Source of the DNA: Eledone cirrhosa
Taxonomy: Eukaryota
Direction of reading: 5' to 3'
NCBI GenBank assembly: GCA_964016885.1
Contig: OZ024742.1
Span: forward strand, 61,132,001-61,196,000
Length of the DNA: 64,000 bases
A program made the position numbers and the translations under genes. Below the pieces are notes generated by a model. It was not told where the DNA came from and ran no database searches. It worked only from the letters and a program-made list of their open reading frames with translations. This document shows, in pieces, positions 36,917 through 50,049 of the stretch; within the stretch, counting starts at the first letter, position 1, and every line of letters starts with the position of its first letter.

Positions 36917-37571
36917 AATATGGTTTTATAAATATAGTTTCCATTTGTTAATATCGTATATATATATATATATACATATATGATGGCTGCAACTCGATTT
37001 CGAGTAATGCCATCGCTTGCTACTTAAGCATGAACATCAACGAACGGCTTTTTAGTCCTGTTAGGCACTCACCTATGGCCAGCCAGGCAATGCATCTCTA
37101 GAAATGTCACATATTAAACGATGCCTCTGCTTGAAACTTTTTTAAGTGAGGAAAACCTTTGCAACGGGCCAATCCACCTCTCTGAACATCGAATGCATTT
37201 ACCAAAAAAGTAGAACTGGTGTACATCATTGGATGCAAACAAAGTTGCAGGTTTTATATCAGAGTGACCTTCTCCTTGATAGATGTCTTAATGAAGACTA
37301 GGAGATTCTCACTCCACAAGAAAATATATCTTTATTAGATGACCGTTGACTCTCCCGAGTTCCTCCGCCTTTAGACGGGTCTGGATTTTCATCGTGCAGG
37401 ATGTCCAAACTCACCCTCCTCATCAAGCAAGCTTGATGGGGGTTGCCGGTTTAGTCACCGACCCTCGACCATACACTGGTTTTACTGGGTTACATATTAC
37501 CAGCAGCCCTGAAGAGCGACGTGGCATATACATTCATACATCCATACATAAATACATACATACATACATAC

Positions 37572-37604
<33 letters not shown>

Positions 37605-40018
37605 GGTGCCTAAAATTTTCTCTAGAGAGCGCCCATTGCATAAATGAATCTTGATGTACAAATATAATTTGTTCAATCGAGCAAGCCTATTAAACGTAAA
37701 TCTGCTGAATCTTATCTGTCTGAAACCTAATTTATACAGCTGTGAATAACATCAACACATTATTACTGTCTTATACAATAAAATGTATATTCACAACATA
37801 AGTAAATATTTATAAACAAAGTATTGGATGGTCACCGCGGGAGAGTCTTTCATGATAGGTCCATTCAATGATCCCCGACTTGGGTTGAACATTAAAGGTA
37901 TTTTGGCCTTCAGAATAGAATTGTTTACAAAATTTAAATGCATATTTTGCAGTGTAACACATTTAATAGCTTTCAGCATGTCAGTGATTATCTAAATATT
38001 CACTTAATTATTAGGCTCTATCAGCCTTCAATAGTTTAGTTTTCAATTATATTGTTGATAAATTTATAAAAGATCGCAAAGTTTAAACATAGTTATCATA
38101 TCTTTTAACATATTCTCACCTTTGAGCCATAGCAGCGATTTAAGTTAAATTTTTTTGTCATGCAATCTCCTTGAAATTTTACTTCTAATTAGTGACAAAT
38201 AGCCTCAAGTGAACTTCAAAACAGTTTAAATGCAGTATAATTTGCATTATAGAGCTTTGCATGACATTACAACGCTAAAAATGTAAATATGATTATTTAC
38301 ATACACACGCGCATAAAGCAAATGTATAATGAGAGGAAAAAATGTCCCAATGAAAGCATAACACGAAGTGTTAATACATATGTTGTCGCAGTAGCATATT
38401 CACACAGACACTCAGATAGATAAACATACGCACATTCATAATAATGTTTTAAAATCAGAAATGTGAAAATTTCTCATTATTTTAAATTTACATTTTTGCC
38501 TGTTGGTGGCAATTACACAAATGTGTTGGTTGATGCATTGATATTGTTTTAATATTAATTAGAGTGTTTGTTAAATTCACTAAACTTAATGCTAAACGCA
38601 AAATATTAAGTGATTGATAAACAATAATTATCGAAACACCCTTAACCTTTTTGAGAAGAAACTGCTTGAAACAAACTTTGTTTCAAAATGCTAGGTTGAA
38701 TTTAAAAGAAAACAAACTATCAACATTGTATGTAGAAACCTTTGTGAATGTATGCCATAAAAACCAAATAAATAATGAAAAGGATAATTATATTTTTTAT
38801 TTCTTTAAATTCTTGACGATTTTCGAAATTATTTGAAAAGAGGCAGTCTTTCATTATAAATATGATAAGGAAAGAGTTGAAATATTTGCATTCGTGTCTT
38901 TGGGAACAAAAGCCTGAAATTACAAACCAAGCACATAGTTTAGCCAGTCGTGGCTGTTTCTATCTAAACCTACGGTTGGGAAACGTCGAACTTGTACTGT
39001 CAACATACGTGAAATCTAGAACGATTTCACCATCAGAAATTTCGATCGCTTATGAGCATCAAATGGGATGACTATGTCAGCAAACTTGCACTAATTGAAC
39101 GAGCAAATGCCAACAGCACACAGTCCATCCCCATTAAACATCGCCTTAGAGGGCTAGATTACTACCAGTTACAAACGGCTACATCAAATCCTCTACAGCA
39201 AGCACAGCATAGGCAAGAAATCACGTAGTCGTCTAATGCAACGCTACATAAACCAATTGAATCAGACAATGAAGAGAACAAACATCTTGCGAACAACATA
39301 CAGACGACAGAACAGCATGGTGTCACGTTATTAATATTGGTGCAGAATGCTTTGAAGAAAAATGTAAGAGAACTGAGGGGGACAAATGCCTGCGATTAAA
39401 AATAGCCACCTACAATGAGCTGTGACGACATGTGTGTTCAATTTTTACGTTGAAAAGTCGGCCTTGCAGAGGCACCATCATGGATGAAAAGTTTGAAATG
39501 GAGAAACAATTTATTCGGAAACGAGGAAAAGCGGATATTAAATCATTATTGAGTCATATGCGGTATATATACGACGTATTCTGGGCAGTTGAACCTGGCA
39601 ATGTCAATCGAAAGAAGAAGAAAGATAAATACAGATAGAGATAGATAGAGAGAATGAGAGACACAACGACAGAGATATAGAGAGGGGAAGAGATAATACT
39701 GAACATTTATCTACCTGATTAGCTTAGATTTCAAATTTGATGCGTACGCTAAATCATATACAATAAGTTTATGTAGAATAAACAAACACAAGTCTCACTA
39801 CGGGTAATTTAAGCTGTTATCATGTCATGCTATCCCAGTAGACGTGTGAGAACGTGTGGAATTAGTGTTTCAGGACTTTTATCTATCTTCAGTCGCGTTT
39901 ACTGACTCAGTTCTGAGATAAAATAAGAAGTAAAGAAGCAAAGATGAGAAAGAAAAACATAAGAAATTTAGAGGATGAAAAAAATAAACAAAAGAAATAG
40001 TCAACGAATAAGATGATA

Positions 40019-40081
<63 letters not shown>

Positions 40082-40213
40082 AAGAAGCAATATTGGAAGG
40101 GAATAATCGTAAGCAGTGAAATACATAACATGGTGAACAATCTGACCAGACAAGAACTTAATTAACTCTAAAGCGATCTCCATAGCGAAACTAATCAATA
40201 CGAGTTTCGTTTA

Positions 40214-40271
<58 letters not shown>

Positions 40272-40344
40272 TATAACTGTATCTATCTATCAAAACAATT
40301 CTTATATGCATACGCATGTATATTTATATATATACATACACACA

Positions 40345-40407
<63 letters not shown>

Positions 40408-40639
40408 GCACGCACACATACACACGCAAACACGAACACACATATATAGGGATTGCGCAACTATTCGAAATTTGAATCATTCTCAGTTTAGATCTCATCT
40501 CGTCAATCTTCCAAGATATCTGGTTGGTTAGATAGAACTTTTCCATATTTTGAATATATTCTGATTACCCAACCAATATCTTTTGAATAACTGCCAGTTA
40601 TGTTGTACTTAAAATGACCCCGACGATTTCGATGATAAA

Positions 40640-41000
40640 TTTTCCAGATGCTCAAAGCACGATACAGCACGTACAAGTGAATGAGCACTCCAGAGACACG
40701 TGCATCCCAAACGTAACTTTTATTGTGATTTAGCGTGACGGTGTTTGTGACAAAGCTGGCATTTGAATTACAGCTTCATTCAAATAGACGAACTTCCAAT
40801 TTCTGTCTACTAAATATCATACACTGAAAAATGTCTAAATCGTTCTATTCATTGTACTACCATTTCGTATTTTATGATGTGTGGCAAATTGGCCGTATTC
40901 TTTCCGGCTCTCTGCGTTCTCAATTCACACCTCACCGAGGTCAACTTTACCTTTCATTCCTTCGAGGTAGATAAAAATGTACCAGTCAAGTACAAGCGTC
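40640..41000. mobile_element. Two old SINE remnants (minus ~40640-40825; plus ~40880-41000)
   Basis: GAGCACTCC..GACACGTG..TGTGACAAAGCTGG..TTTGAATTACAG (shared with 50720-51030) and CCGAGGTCAACTTTACCTTTCATTCCTTCGAGGT..TACCAGT (shared with the TTA-tailed SINE). Confidence 0.55.
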
Positions 41001-41481
41001 AACACTTCCTCTATATCGCTTTCTCATTTACTCTATCACACACACTCACGCATTCTCTATCTCATTCACTGGAAGAAATTGGCAGTGTTCAGACCAAGAG
41101 AAATGGGCTCCTCCAAGTTAAAAATGTTCACGAAACACCGAATGCCACAGCGGTGCCCTGAGATCGCACCAACAGTTACAGGCACATAGACACATCTTGC
41201 ATAGAAAATTTATTTTACGAATAAAAACAGGGCCTGTCGTAAACGGCCATGCCCGGCAAAGTGCCTGATGCTTAATGATTGTGAAGCGAATTTCTTAAAC
41301 ATTCGGCCATACGTTTTTCCTAAAGCCCATTGGACAACACTGAAATATGCATATAGTTTTTCAGGTTTGCAACTTGAATTCTATAAAAACAATTGTTTAA
41401 TATTAGGTACTACTATGAATGTAATGTGTCTGTAAGTGTGCGTGAATTTATGTAATGCATGTATATATGTACTTATATATG

Positions 41482-41567
<86 letters not shown>

Positions 41568-41721
41568 ATATAGAAACACACAGATACATGCGGACACATA
41601 CATATACATGAATATATCCACATATATCTTTGAATTAGTGATGCCAACCTCAACCGATGTTGCTCTATGAATAACTGGGACAAAATAATCCGAATGGATT
41701 AGATTGATTCAGTATCAGAGT

Positions 41722-42306
41722 TATATAATACATTATGAAGAGAGAAGAAAGATTAGATATAATTAATAATAAGGTATACCATACCAAGATTCCTTCTTTA
41801 CTCCTTCAAAGATATATGTGGATATATTCATGTAAATGTATGTGTCCGCATGTATCTGTCTGTTTCTATATATTGTTTATAACTCCCTATGGTAGAGTAA
41901 CCTTTGAAGTGTAGTGACTGCTGGAAAGCTATCATTACTCATACTTCTCGCCACCTTAGCCACCTCTTCTACGGCTTTGATATAAGTACCCCCTCCGCCT
42001 CCGTGGTATTTTTTCATGGTTATAAGAGGCTTAGCTCTGTTTCTTGACCGCTGTATCACGTGATTGACTCCCCCTCCGCCTTTCGGGATTCTATCTCGCG
42101 TCCCACGGACGTATTTTGAAACTCTTAATGAGGTATCCTCTTGATAAGTCGGTAGACCTCACAAAAATTCTATATCTCTGTGATGTAGTGGTTTTGCATA
42201 ATATGCCACGAAACTACGTAGTTGAGGAGTAAAGAAGGAATCTGGGTATGGTATATCTTATTATTAATTATATCTGGTTCTTCTCTCTTCATAATGTATT
42301 ATATAT
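41722..42306 (+). mobile_element. ~585-bp element with ~85-bp terminal inverted repeats and a degenerate hammerhead (PLE pseudo-LTR-like)
   Basis: 41722-41806 is the reverse complement of 42226-42306; 42180-42236 reads GTGATGT-AGTGGT..GCCAC-GAAA-CTACGTAG-TT-GAGGAG with palindromic stem III. Confidence 0.6.
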
Positions 42307-42319
42307 ATATATATATTAG

Positions 42320-43675
42320 TAGAACACTGGTGGATTATATCCGTAGTAGTAGAGCACTCAGTCCATGGGACGAATTTGGTAGAAGTAGTTCCACAACAGT
42401 TAATTCACCATTTCCGAGAACAATTCTTTCCCCTTAGTCGGATCATCAGCACGGTTTAAATGAGGATATACGGAAAAGGAAAAACAATTATATGAATACG
42501 CATGTGCAGAGAAGTTACATCCCTAAGGGGAGGCAACTCACGTTAGATCTACCTGGGAGACATCTGTGAAAACTCAGAATATAATAGATTATTCATGTTA
42601 TTCAGTCTAGTGATTACGTCAGGTAGACTGAGGCTTTGAAATTACATAATAAGTGTTTCGAAACGTATGGACAACGTGTGTAAAATTCACTCCTTGTATT
42701 TAAACAAGCGCTCGTTCGCATCTCCTCAGGATATTGATTTCGTTCTTCAATCCACAGCCCGCAAGACAGATTCCCATTTCCGTATGGCTTAGACTTAGTA
42801 ATAACTTTCCATTGAATGTAGTAATCCATGCTTGCGTCCTTGAGGGACCATATGTTTCTTGCGAGTTTCGTGTACGATCGTTTTTCCGGGTGTCTGAATG
42901 TCGACAGATGATTCAGGAAGCGTTCTTTAAACCGACCCTCCACCATACCTACACAGGATGTGACCTCTTGTTTTTGATTTGGTCGGTTAGAAGTGACCAC
43001 AGCTTCGTAAATTACAGTGGGTGTGTTGCATTGTTGTTGAAGGGAACAAGCTTCAGGCCTTCGGTAAGAGCATCCTGGTGGGGTTTTGCTCTTAGGATTG
43101 TTGGTGATGTGGGCCTACATATTCTTAGCACAGGAGTAGCCGAGTTTCACCCTATGCCTGTTAAAGATGGAGCGGTATTTATCTCCTTTGGGGAAGTGCT
43201 TATCTAAGAGAGCTAAAAATCATTTACCTACATTAGTTTTAACGTTGAGTGAGAAGGGTGTGCCTGGGGAAGAACCAAAATATTTTTCTATTAGCAGGAT
43301 TTCTTTTTCTGTTGCTGTTGGCGTTAGGAGGGGAGTAAGCAACTGACTGTGAGAAACCGCTGTTGGCTAACGCCACGTTGTAATATGGTGCCACTATGTC
43401 AAAGATTGTTTTATTAGAAGACAGGTTAAAGATTCTATTGCCGATATTTTTCACGAAGTTTCTGAAAATTGTAGGTGGGTGGTATGAGTCCTTGTGTATG
43501 TAATTTAGTTTTTCATTTAGTTTATGGAAGGGTTTAAAGGTATGTGTGCGAAGATCTAAATTTATGTCTAAGTAATCTTCGCTAGTAAGGTTAGTAGCTA
43601 CTGTGATCCTAAGTCTAACTCATTAAATGTTGCAATTAAATATTTTTTAAAACGGTGCAGGTCGTGACTACTTTT
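42320..43675 (-). mobile_element. 5'-truncated Penelope-like element (RT thumb and GIY-YIG endonuclease), decayed
   Basis: YLDINLDL..SYHPP..NIGNRIFNLSS; RKIFWF; CS.RRPEACSLQQQC..VIYEA..CVGMVEGRFKERFLNH (GIY-YIG); CGLW..LNTRSEF..CP; downstream CTGATGA-containing 3' region. Confidence 0.85.
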
Positions 43676-43677
43676 AT

Positions 43678-43852
43678 GGCTCGGAGCGTCAGACGCCGTG
43701 TTTTCCAGCATATAGTTATGGCCCTTTACGTTCTGAGTTCAAATCCCGCCGAGGTTAACTTTGTCTTTCCCCCTTACGGGGTCGATGAAATAAAGTACCA
43801 GTAATGCACAGAGTAATTGCTGACCTTGTGCCCAAAGTAGAAACAATTATTC
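43678..43852 (+). mobile_element. tRNA-derived SINE (TTA-tailed family)
   Basis: GAGTTCAAATCCCGCCGAGG..GGGGTCGAT..CCTTGTGCCCAAAGTAGAAACAATTATT. Confidence 0.85.
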
Positions 43853-44131
43853 AAATATAATACAATAAATGAAAAAAAATAAATAAATATAGGAAAACAA
43901 TTATTTTGCAGAATTAGATATATATATATATATATTTACCTTTGATATTTTCGGGTCCGTTAATTTGTTGAGCTAATTCAAATGTCGAGTAATAAACCTG
44001 GCTGCTATTTTTAGTGGTGTGAGTTTGTTAGACACGCTAAGTTCAGATACCATGTGTGTTATTATATATACGCACACTATTCAGTTTTTTTAAAAATTAT
44101 ACTTAGAAGTGACTAGGATACTAATAATTCT

Positions 44132-44211
44132 TCACCCGCTGATGAGCAAGAATTAGTATTCCTCTTCACAATTAATTTTGCGAAACAGCATTATCAAAGC
44201 TGTCCGGGTGA
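44132..44211 (+). ncRNA. Canonical type I hammerhead ribozyme
   Basis: Stem I TCACCCG/CGGGTGA; CTGATGA; stem II GCAA(G)AATTAG/TTAATTTTGC; GAAA; stem III ACAGC/GCTGT with a 9-nt loop; GUC cleavage triplet ending at 44204. Confidence 0.9.
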
Positions 44212-44675
44212 TTGGTAGTTATCACAATTCCGGTTTGTATTTACTTTCTTGATTTATTCTTAAATTGAGTCTGGTAAACCCTATTTTTAGTATTCTTTTC
44301 ACGTTAGCGAATCTGGTCCCTTACGATTTGAACACATATATGTATATGTCTGTGTTCGTCTTTCTTTTATATTCAGTTATATATATAAATTAGCGAGAAT
44401 CGTATTTCGGCTATTGGAAATTAGCGAAGAACAACTTCCGAGATGTGTGGCAAGCGCTCAATAGAATCTAACGAACATATATATATATTAGAATGCTCTC
44501 CAAATGTATATATACAAATATATATATAAAAGCACAATGTTATAATAATTATTATTAACAAGCAGAAAAATCGCCCTTGGGCGGTTTTCTACTAGCATAT
44601 GTAGTGTGCATATTGGTATTATAAGCAAATATATATGCATATAGATATATGTAAATTGACAAGTAAATTGACAAT

Positions 44676-45320
44676 ATCTTCTTCTTCACCAATTTATTTC
44701 TGAGAGGGTCGTGGGGCAGCGTCCTTCTCAAACACTCCTTCCAGCGAGTCTGTCAGTAGCAAACATCTCTAACTGATCCAGCTGGATCCCAAAGCGTGAC
44801 CAGCCAAGCTAATGGATGTTATCCAACTATCTTGCTCAGGGTCTACCTGTGGGTCTCTTGCCGGTTGGTTTTTGCCTGTAAAACGTGTCCAGCGATTCTT
44901 TACTGAGACATTCTAACCACATGCTCATAATATCGGAGTTGTGATCTCTCAACGGAGAAGTAGCGGCTCTACCAGGACTGACTCTCTGGTCACTGAGCTA
45001 TGCACTTTATTGAGTAATGTTACTCCAAAGACCCTTCGGAGCAATCCTATTTCTGTCACTTTTATTTACAATTGTATTCTTTTGGTCATTACTCAAGATT
45101 CATGATCCTCGGTAAGAGTTGGCAGGAATACCAGGAAGACAGCCAGTTTTGGCTTTTATACATACCTCCCTTTTTCTGATGGCTAAATGCTGAGACTGGT
45201 GCATTACTGCATCAGCTTTTGCAATTCTTGCATTTAATTCAGCCTCCTACATTCCATCACTCATGAACACGGCTACAAGATACTTGAACTTCTCTAACTG
45301 CTTCAGTAGAACTCCATTCA
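44676..45320 (-). mobile_element. RTE-clade LINE 3' fragment
   Basis: LEKFKYL, LRYYEHVVRMS, KPTGKRPTGRP motifs; (GAA)n tail. Confidence 0.75.
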
Positions 45321-45529
45321 CATATATATAAATTTGAGGGATTTCTGTCCACCCGTCCATCACGCAATGTGTATGTGTGTTTGTGTGAATGTATCTGTGT
45401 GTAAAATGAAGGAAATGGATACACACATATATATGTCTAACTTAAAAACAGTGACACACACACACACGTGTCTCTAATTTAAGAACGCTGACAAACTCAC
45501 GCGCCCGCACATACACACACTGTCCTATT

Positions 45530-46131
45530 ACCACTCAAGAGCTTTGGCCCGGGCAAACATCCCCTCAATTTTGGAATCGTCTGGGTTGTCCTGAATTGAT
45601 GGGAAAAGACTTGATGGTCTTACTCTGTGCTCCTGGTTAAGAGACAGCTGCCTTACTTGGAACGTCACAGTTAGTGACTCTTTTGCTTCTTCCCACATTC
45701 TGGATGCAGAGGTAAGGACGAGAGCTACAGCATCCACAGCTGAATGAAACAAAATCCTAAAATACCGTATTCTGTCAGCTAACTACATTATCCAGCCTGT
45801 GGCATTCGAGACGTTTGGGGGAGTTGGGCTACTGACAGCGAGGTTCTTATCTTAACTGGCGGCTCGCCAAACAGCACCTCAGCACCTCACCCTTACCATC
45901 ACCCCAGGTAACGCTTCGAGCGTGCTGGCTTGCCTAAAACATTATTAGAGAGGTTTCCCAGTGCTCCTCGCTATATTGCTATATTTTGCTCTGGTAGAGG
46001 CTCGTTTTTCCCACTCTTTCGCCTGCATATTGTTCTGTGCCTAAGATGTGTGTATTACCTGCTTGTGTATGTTTTCTCTTTCTTTTTTCCTTTCCCTTTC
46101 CTTTGTATAAAGAGTTAATAAATAAATAAAA
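45530..46131 (+). mobile_element. CRE-clade non-LTR retrotransposon 3' fragment (restriction-like endonuclease)
   Basis: RALARANIPSILE..DGKRLDGLT..LTWNVTV..KILKY..QPVAFETFGGVG..GNASSVL; (AATA)n tail. Confidence 0.75.
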
Positions 46132-47059
46132 CGTTATACTTGTTTTACCCTCCCATCTCCAATTCACTGAAGGCTTTCATGACTGTATGTGTGTGTGATT
46201 GTGTAAATGTATATGTGTGAATGTATGTATGTTTGTGTGAAAGTATGTGTGAATGTATGTGTATTTGTGTGAATTATGTCCGTGAGGGTGTATTTTTATA
46301 AGTTTGTATTTGCGCGATTATAGTTATATACTCATAATAGTTATATACTCATACATATAGAAGTATGTACGTGCACACTCATACGCGTCAGCGTGTAGAA
46401 AATCATAATCTCTCTATCTCTCTCATCGCACACTCTCTCTTTCTATTTATATGGTAGTTGAAGTGGTGGTGGTGCCGACGATATAGCGGAAGTGCAACTT
46501 TGAAATTAAGTCAATTTTAAATTATTTATGTTTACGAAATTTAGTACATACATTATGTAATATTCATCCAACTTATTTTACTAACTGGATTAAAAGAAAT
46601 AAACCGTACGCAGTCCCGCAGACCTAACTGTATTATAGTTTAGATTTAACTGAATATAGTTATAATATTTAAGCAAATAAATGAACTACAATTTTACCCA
46701 GCATCTTGATGAATAGTAGCTTCGTAATTAATTTTATTACTCTTCAATAACATGTTTTTGAAATGTATTTAGCACACGAGGTTTGAAGGCTGAGTTACTA
46801 CCAAAACAAATTACATTGTGTATTGTTCCTGGGGTATATCGTATTATTACAGCCTGCTAGATACTGTGTAGATTCATTATAGATACATCAGTATATCCCA
46901 GCTTCAATATGAAATGTTCAGCCTGTGTAAAATACACACAACAAAAAGATCAGGTTGAGAGCTATCAGAAATCTGTATGGGGAAACAAACGATGAATTCA
47001 ACAAATAAGCTGTATGGCTACAACAAATGTAACATGTCTACTGCCAGCATGTCCAGCAA

Positions 47060-49060
47060 AAGTAATGTGAAATAGCTGGTGCAATACTATAAAATGTCCA
47101 AGAAGAAATCCCAGGTCCAGACACCATAACAGGTAACTAGTTGAAGAATTTCACCTTTTATCGTTGAGATCTCATACGTTTTTATTGAGAAAGTATCAAG
47201 AACACACAAGAACCGTTCCAATGGTGATCAACTGCCACTGCTCTACGCATCCCCCAAAATAGCCAAACCCCACTTGGTAAAAATTACCGCCCAATTGCCT
47301 GCCAAAACGTCATGTACAAATTATGCATTGGATGCCTCAATCTTTTCTTGCAGCATCATTGTGCTACCAGCAACATTATAATATTTGAACAGGCTGGGGG
47401 AAAGGTGGAGGTATGTGGCTGTATATAGCAGCTACTAATTAACTAAATGATTCAAGAAACAACAACAAACAATCATAGGAATTTGTCTGTAATGTAGCTG
47501 GGCTAACAGAATGCTTTTGATAGTATACCACATGGGTGTATTATCAAGAATTTACAGTTAGCCAGATTCCCCGAACCATTAGTAGCTGCGATGGAACGCG
47601 TGACCAAGACTTGGTACATTACTTTGCTCCTTTGCGGTGATAAGGAACAAATTGTGTCTGATAGCATTCACTATCAAAAAGGTAACTTTCAGGGTGATAG
47701 CATGTCAGGGCTGCTCTTCATCCGTTCATTTAAGCCATTATCCTATCTGTTCATAACACATAGTGAAAGTAGGAATGGATCCAGAAGTATATCCTATCTT
47801 TTCTTTGTCGATTAACTGAAATTGCGTGGGGCAAATAATGACATAAAAAGCAATTGGGCACCATTAATAAATTTTCTATAGACATTGGAATGACATTTTG
47901 TGAGACCGAATGTACATTTTTGACACTAGAACGTGGAAAAAGTTGTGTCCTCCTCTGAAATCTTAAAAATCAACAACTTGAAGATACAACCTTTAGAGTT
48001 AGGTGAGAATTATAGGTACCTTGAGAGAATGAGAATATGAGATATGATGGATCCATAAATAAGGAGAGGACCAGGGAGGAATAAAACAGAAGTGTAAAGA
48101 GCGTATGTTGATCAGAACTCACACCGTACAACAAGCACATTGTCGATAATACATTTGCTGTGTCCATACTAACGCCAACTTTGGCCTTCTGAACTGCTCA
48201 TTGCATGAGCTAACCGAGATAGATATAAGGACTCGCAAAAGCTGCTCAGTGTTACTGGACACATTAACATCAATGGTGATATGGATAGGCTATGTTCCTC
48301 ATGCAAGGAGGTGTCCGGGGCCTGAAATTCATATTAATATCATCAGACACGGATGATAATACTGAAACAACAGAAGAAAAATGTCAGCGGCCATATTGCT
48401 CTGGTTAATCAGCATGAAAATAATAATTGTTTCTACTTTTGGCACAAGGCCAGCAATTACCCAGTCTATAACTGGTACTTTATTTTATCGCCCCCGAAAG
48501 GCAAAGTTAACCTCGGCGGGATTTGAACTCAGACCGTAAAGGGACGTAACTCTATGCTTCAAAGCATGCTGTCCGACTGCCAATCCACCGTATGTGAAAG
48601 CATGAAAATAATAATATTCTTAAGATGGCCACTGATATAGAAGGAGATACGTCATAAAACCAGATACAAATATCTGCCCCAGGAACATCGTAAGGCTATA
48701 ATCAATGCTCGGACAAAATAAAAAAAAATGGATCAATTCACTGAGAATGTTGTACATGGGTACTTAAGACGAAAAACACAGACCATAGTGGATCTGAGAA
48801 AAATACTAAAAGCGTGACATGGAGTTCAGACAGGTTCATAACATACCACATTGAATAATATCTACAGGCAATCCAGGAACAAAAAATCTCCACCACGCAC
48901 CTGCTGCACAAACATGAATGTCATCAGTTGAAAATAAATGCAAGTTATGCAAAACAAAGATTGAAGATGTTAGCCACATTATTGCCAACTGTGAAAGCAC
49001 GTCTTCTCGTTTCTACCTCTACATGAGGCATGATGTAATATCTAGAACGATTTCGAATGC
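47060..49060 (+). mobile_element. Old R4-clade non-LTR retrotransposon (RT to zinc finger), heavily decayed
   Basis: NYRPIACQNVMYK, EQAGG, AFDSIPH, GNFQGDSMSGLLF, YLFFVD*LK, NTFAVS, AIQEQ, CKLC..EDVSHIIANC, RHD. Confidence 0.8.
48428..48598 (-). mobile_element. TTA-tailed SINE inserted in the R4 relic with a 17-bp TSD
   Basis: AGCATGAAAATAATAAT duplicated at 48411-48427 and 48599-48615. Confidence 0.88.
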
Positions 49061-49591
49061 ATTATTGGAAATATAGGTTATATACCAACCCAACCGGACC
49101 GAACTGCAAATAAACTTGGATTTGTGGAGAAAAAATTCTCTTCTTAATTCATAAGCTACAAATAACCGTGATATTTGGAACATTTAAAATTTGTAAAACA
49201 TTCTTACGATTCAAAGGATGAATACTTACACAAGAGTCGACGGCAAGGTGGTAATAATAACAAAATTAAGAAAAAGAGAGAATGCACATACATACATGCA
49301 CAATTGAAAAGTTAATATAACATGTAACATCACTTTTACGGTTGTAAGCATAAAGTCATGCCTGCTAGTTGCCGCAGAAGACCTGCCAAATTCTCAAATT
49401 GTTTCATTAGTCTGTATAATAGCTAAGCTCTAGTTCATCGTAATTCCAGGGGCTGATATCTTAGTTTATTTAGTTGACTTCATAGAAGCTAATTCACGAC
49501 AGACAACTTACTTTCATTTCATGGAAGGCTAACTCATTCTGACCACATTAAAATTAACACGTAGTATAGCAACTATACATTGCCAATATAT

Positions 49592-49692
49592 AGGTTAACT
49601 TTGCTTTTCATCCTTACGGGGTCGATAAAATAAAGTACCAGTAATACACTGGGTAATTGCTGGCCTTGTGCCAAAAGTAGAAACAATTATTA
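49592..49692 (+). mobile_element. 5'-truncated TTA-tailed SINE
   Basis: 3' half identical in layout to the copies at 27741-27925 and 43678-43852. Confidence 0.8.
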
Positions 49693-49855
49693 TATATATA
49701 TTGTAGAAGTAATAATAATGATAATAATAGTAATGATAACAATCGAGCAGCTAGTTTATCACTATGTGTGACGTAGCATTGAAAGAAAAGTTGTGTAATG
49801 AATCTTGTACACTGATACCCTCAATTATTGGCTAGAAATAAGGCCATTAATAACA

Positions 49856-49935
<80 letters not shown>

Positions 49936-49963
49936 AATATATGTATATATATATTTATACATA

Positions 49964-50049
<86 letters not shown>

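Larger units (their letters stand above)
36611..36956. mobile_element. 346-bp near-perfect palindrome (fold-back element) in a (TA)n tract, with one hammerhead per arm
   Basis: Arms are reverse complements centred on AGCT (36782-36785), with about 4 mismatches. Confidence 0.9.

Noticed and set aside
36980-37525. GC-richer island resembling an RTE 5'UTR with a possible HDV-like ribozyme
   Set aside because: I could not build the nested double pseudoknot by eye; needs an HDV-motif search.
39830-39900. Minus-strand CTGAAGA...GAAA spacing like a hammerhead
   Set aside because: No stem I or stem III pairing.
44562-44596. Short GC hairpin followed by CTAG, like a Helitron 3' end
   Set aside because: No 5' TC end or Rep/Hel sequence, and CTAG is not followed by T.
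49385-49455. Minus-strand CGATGA..GAAA-CAATTTG hammerhead-like string (similar weak case at 63105-63165)
   Set aside because: Core and cleavage triplet are mutated and the stems are weak.
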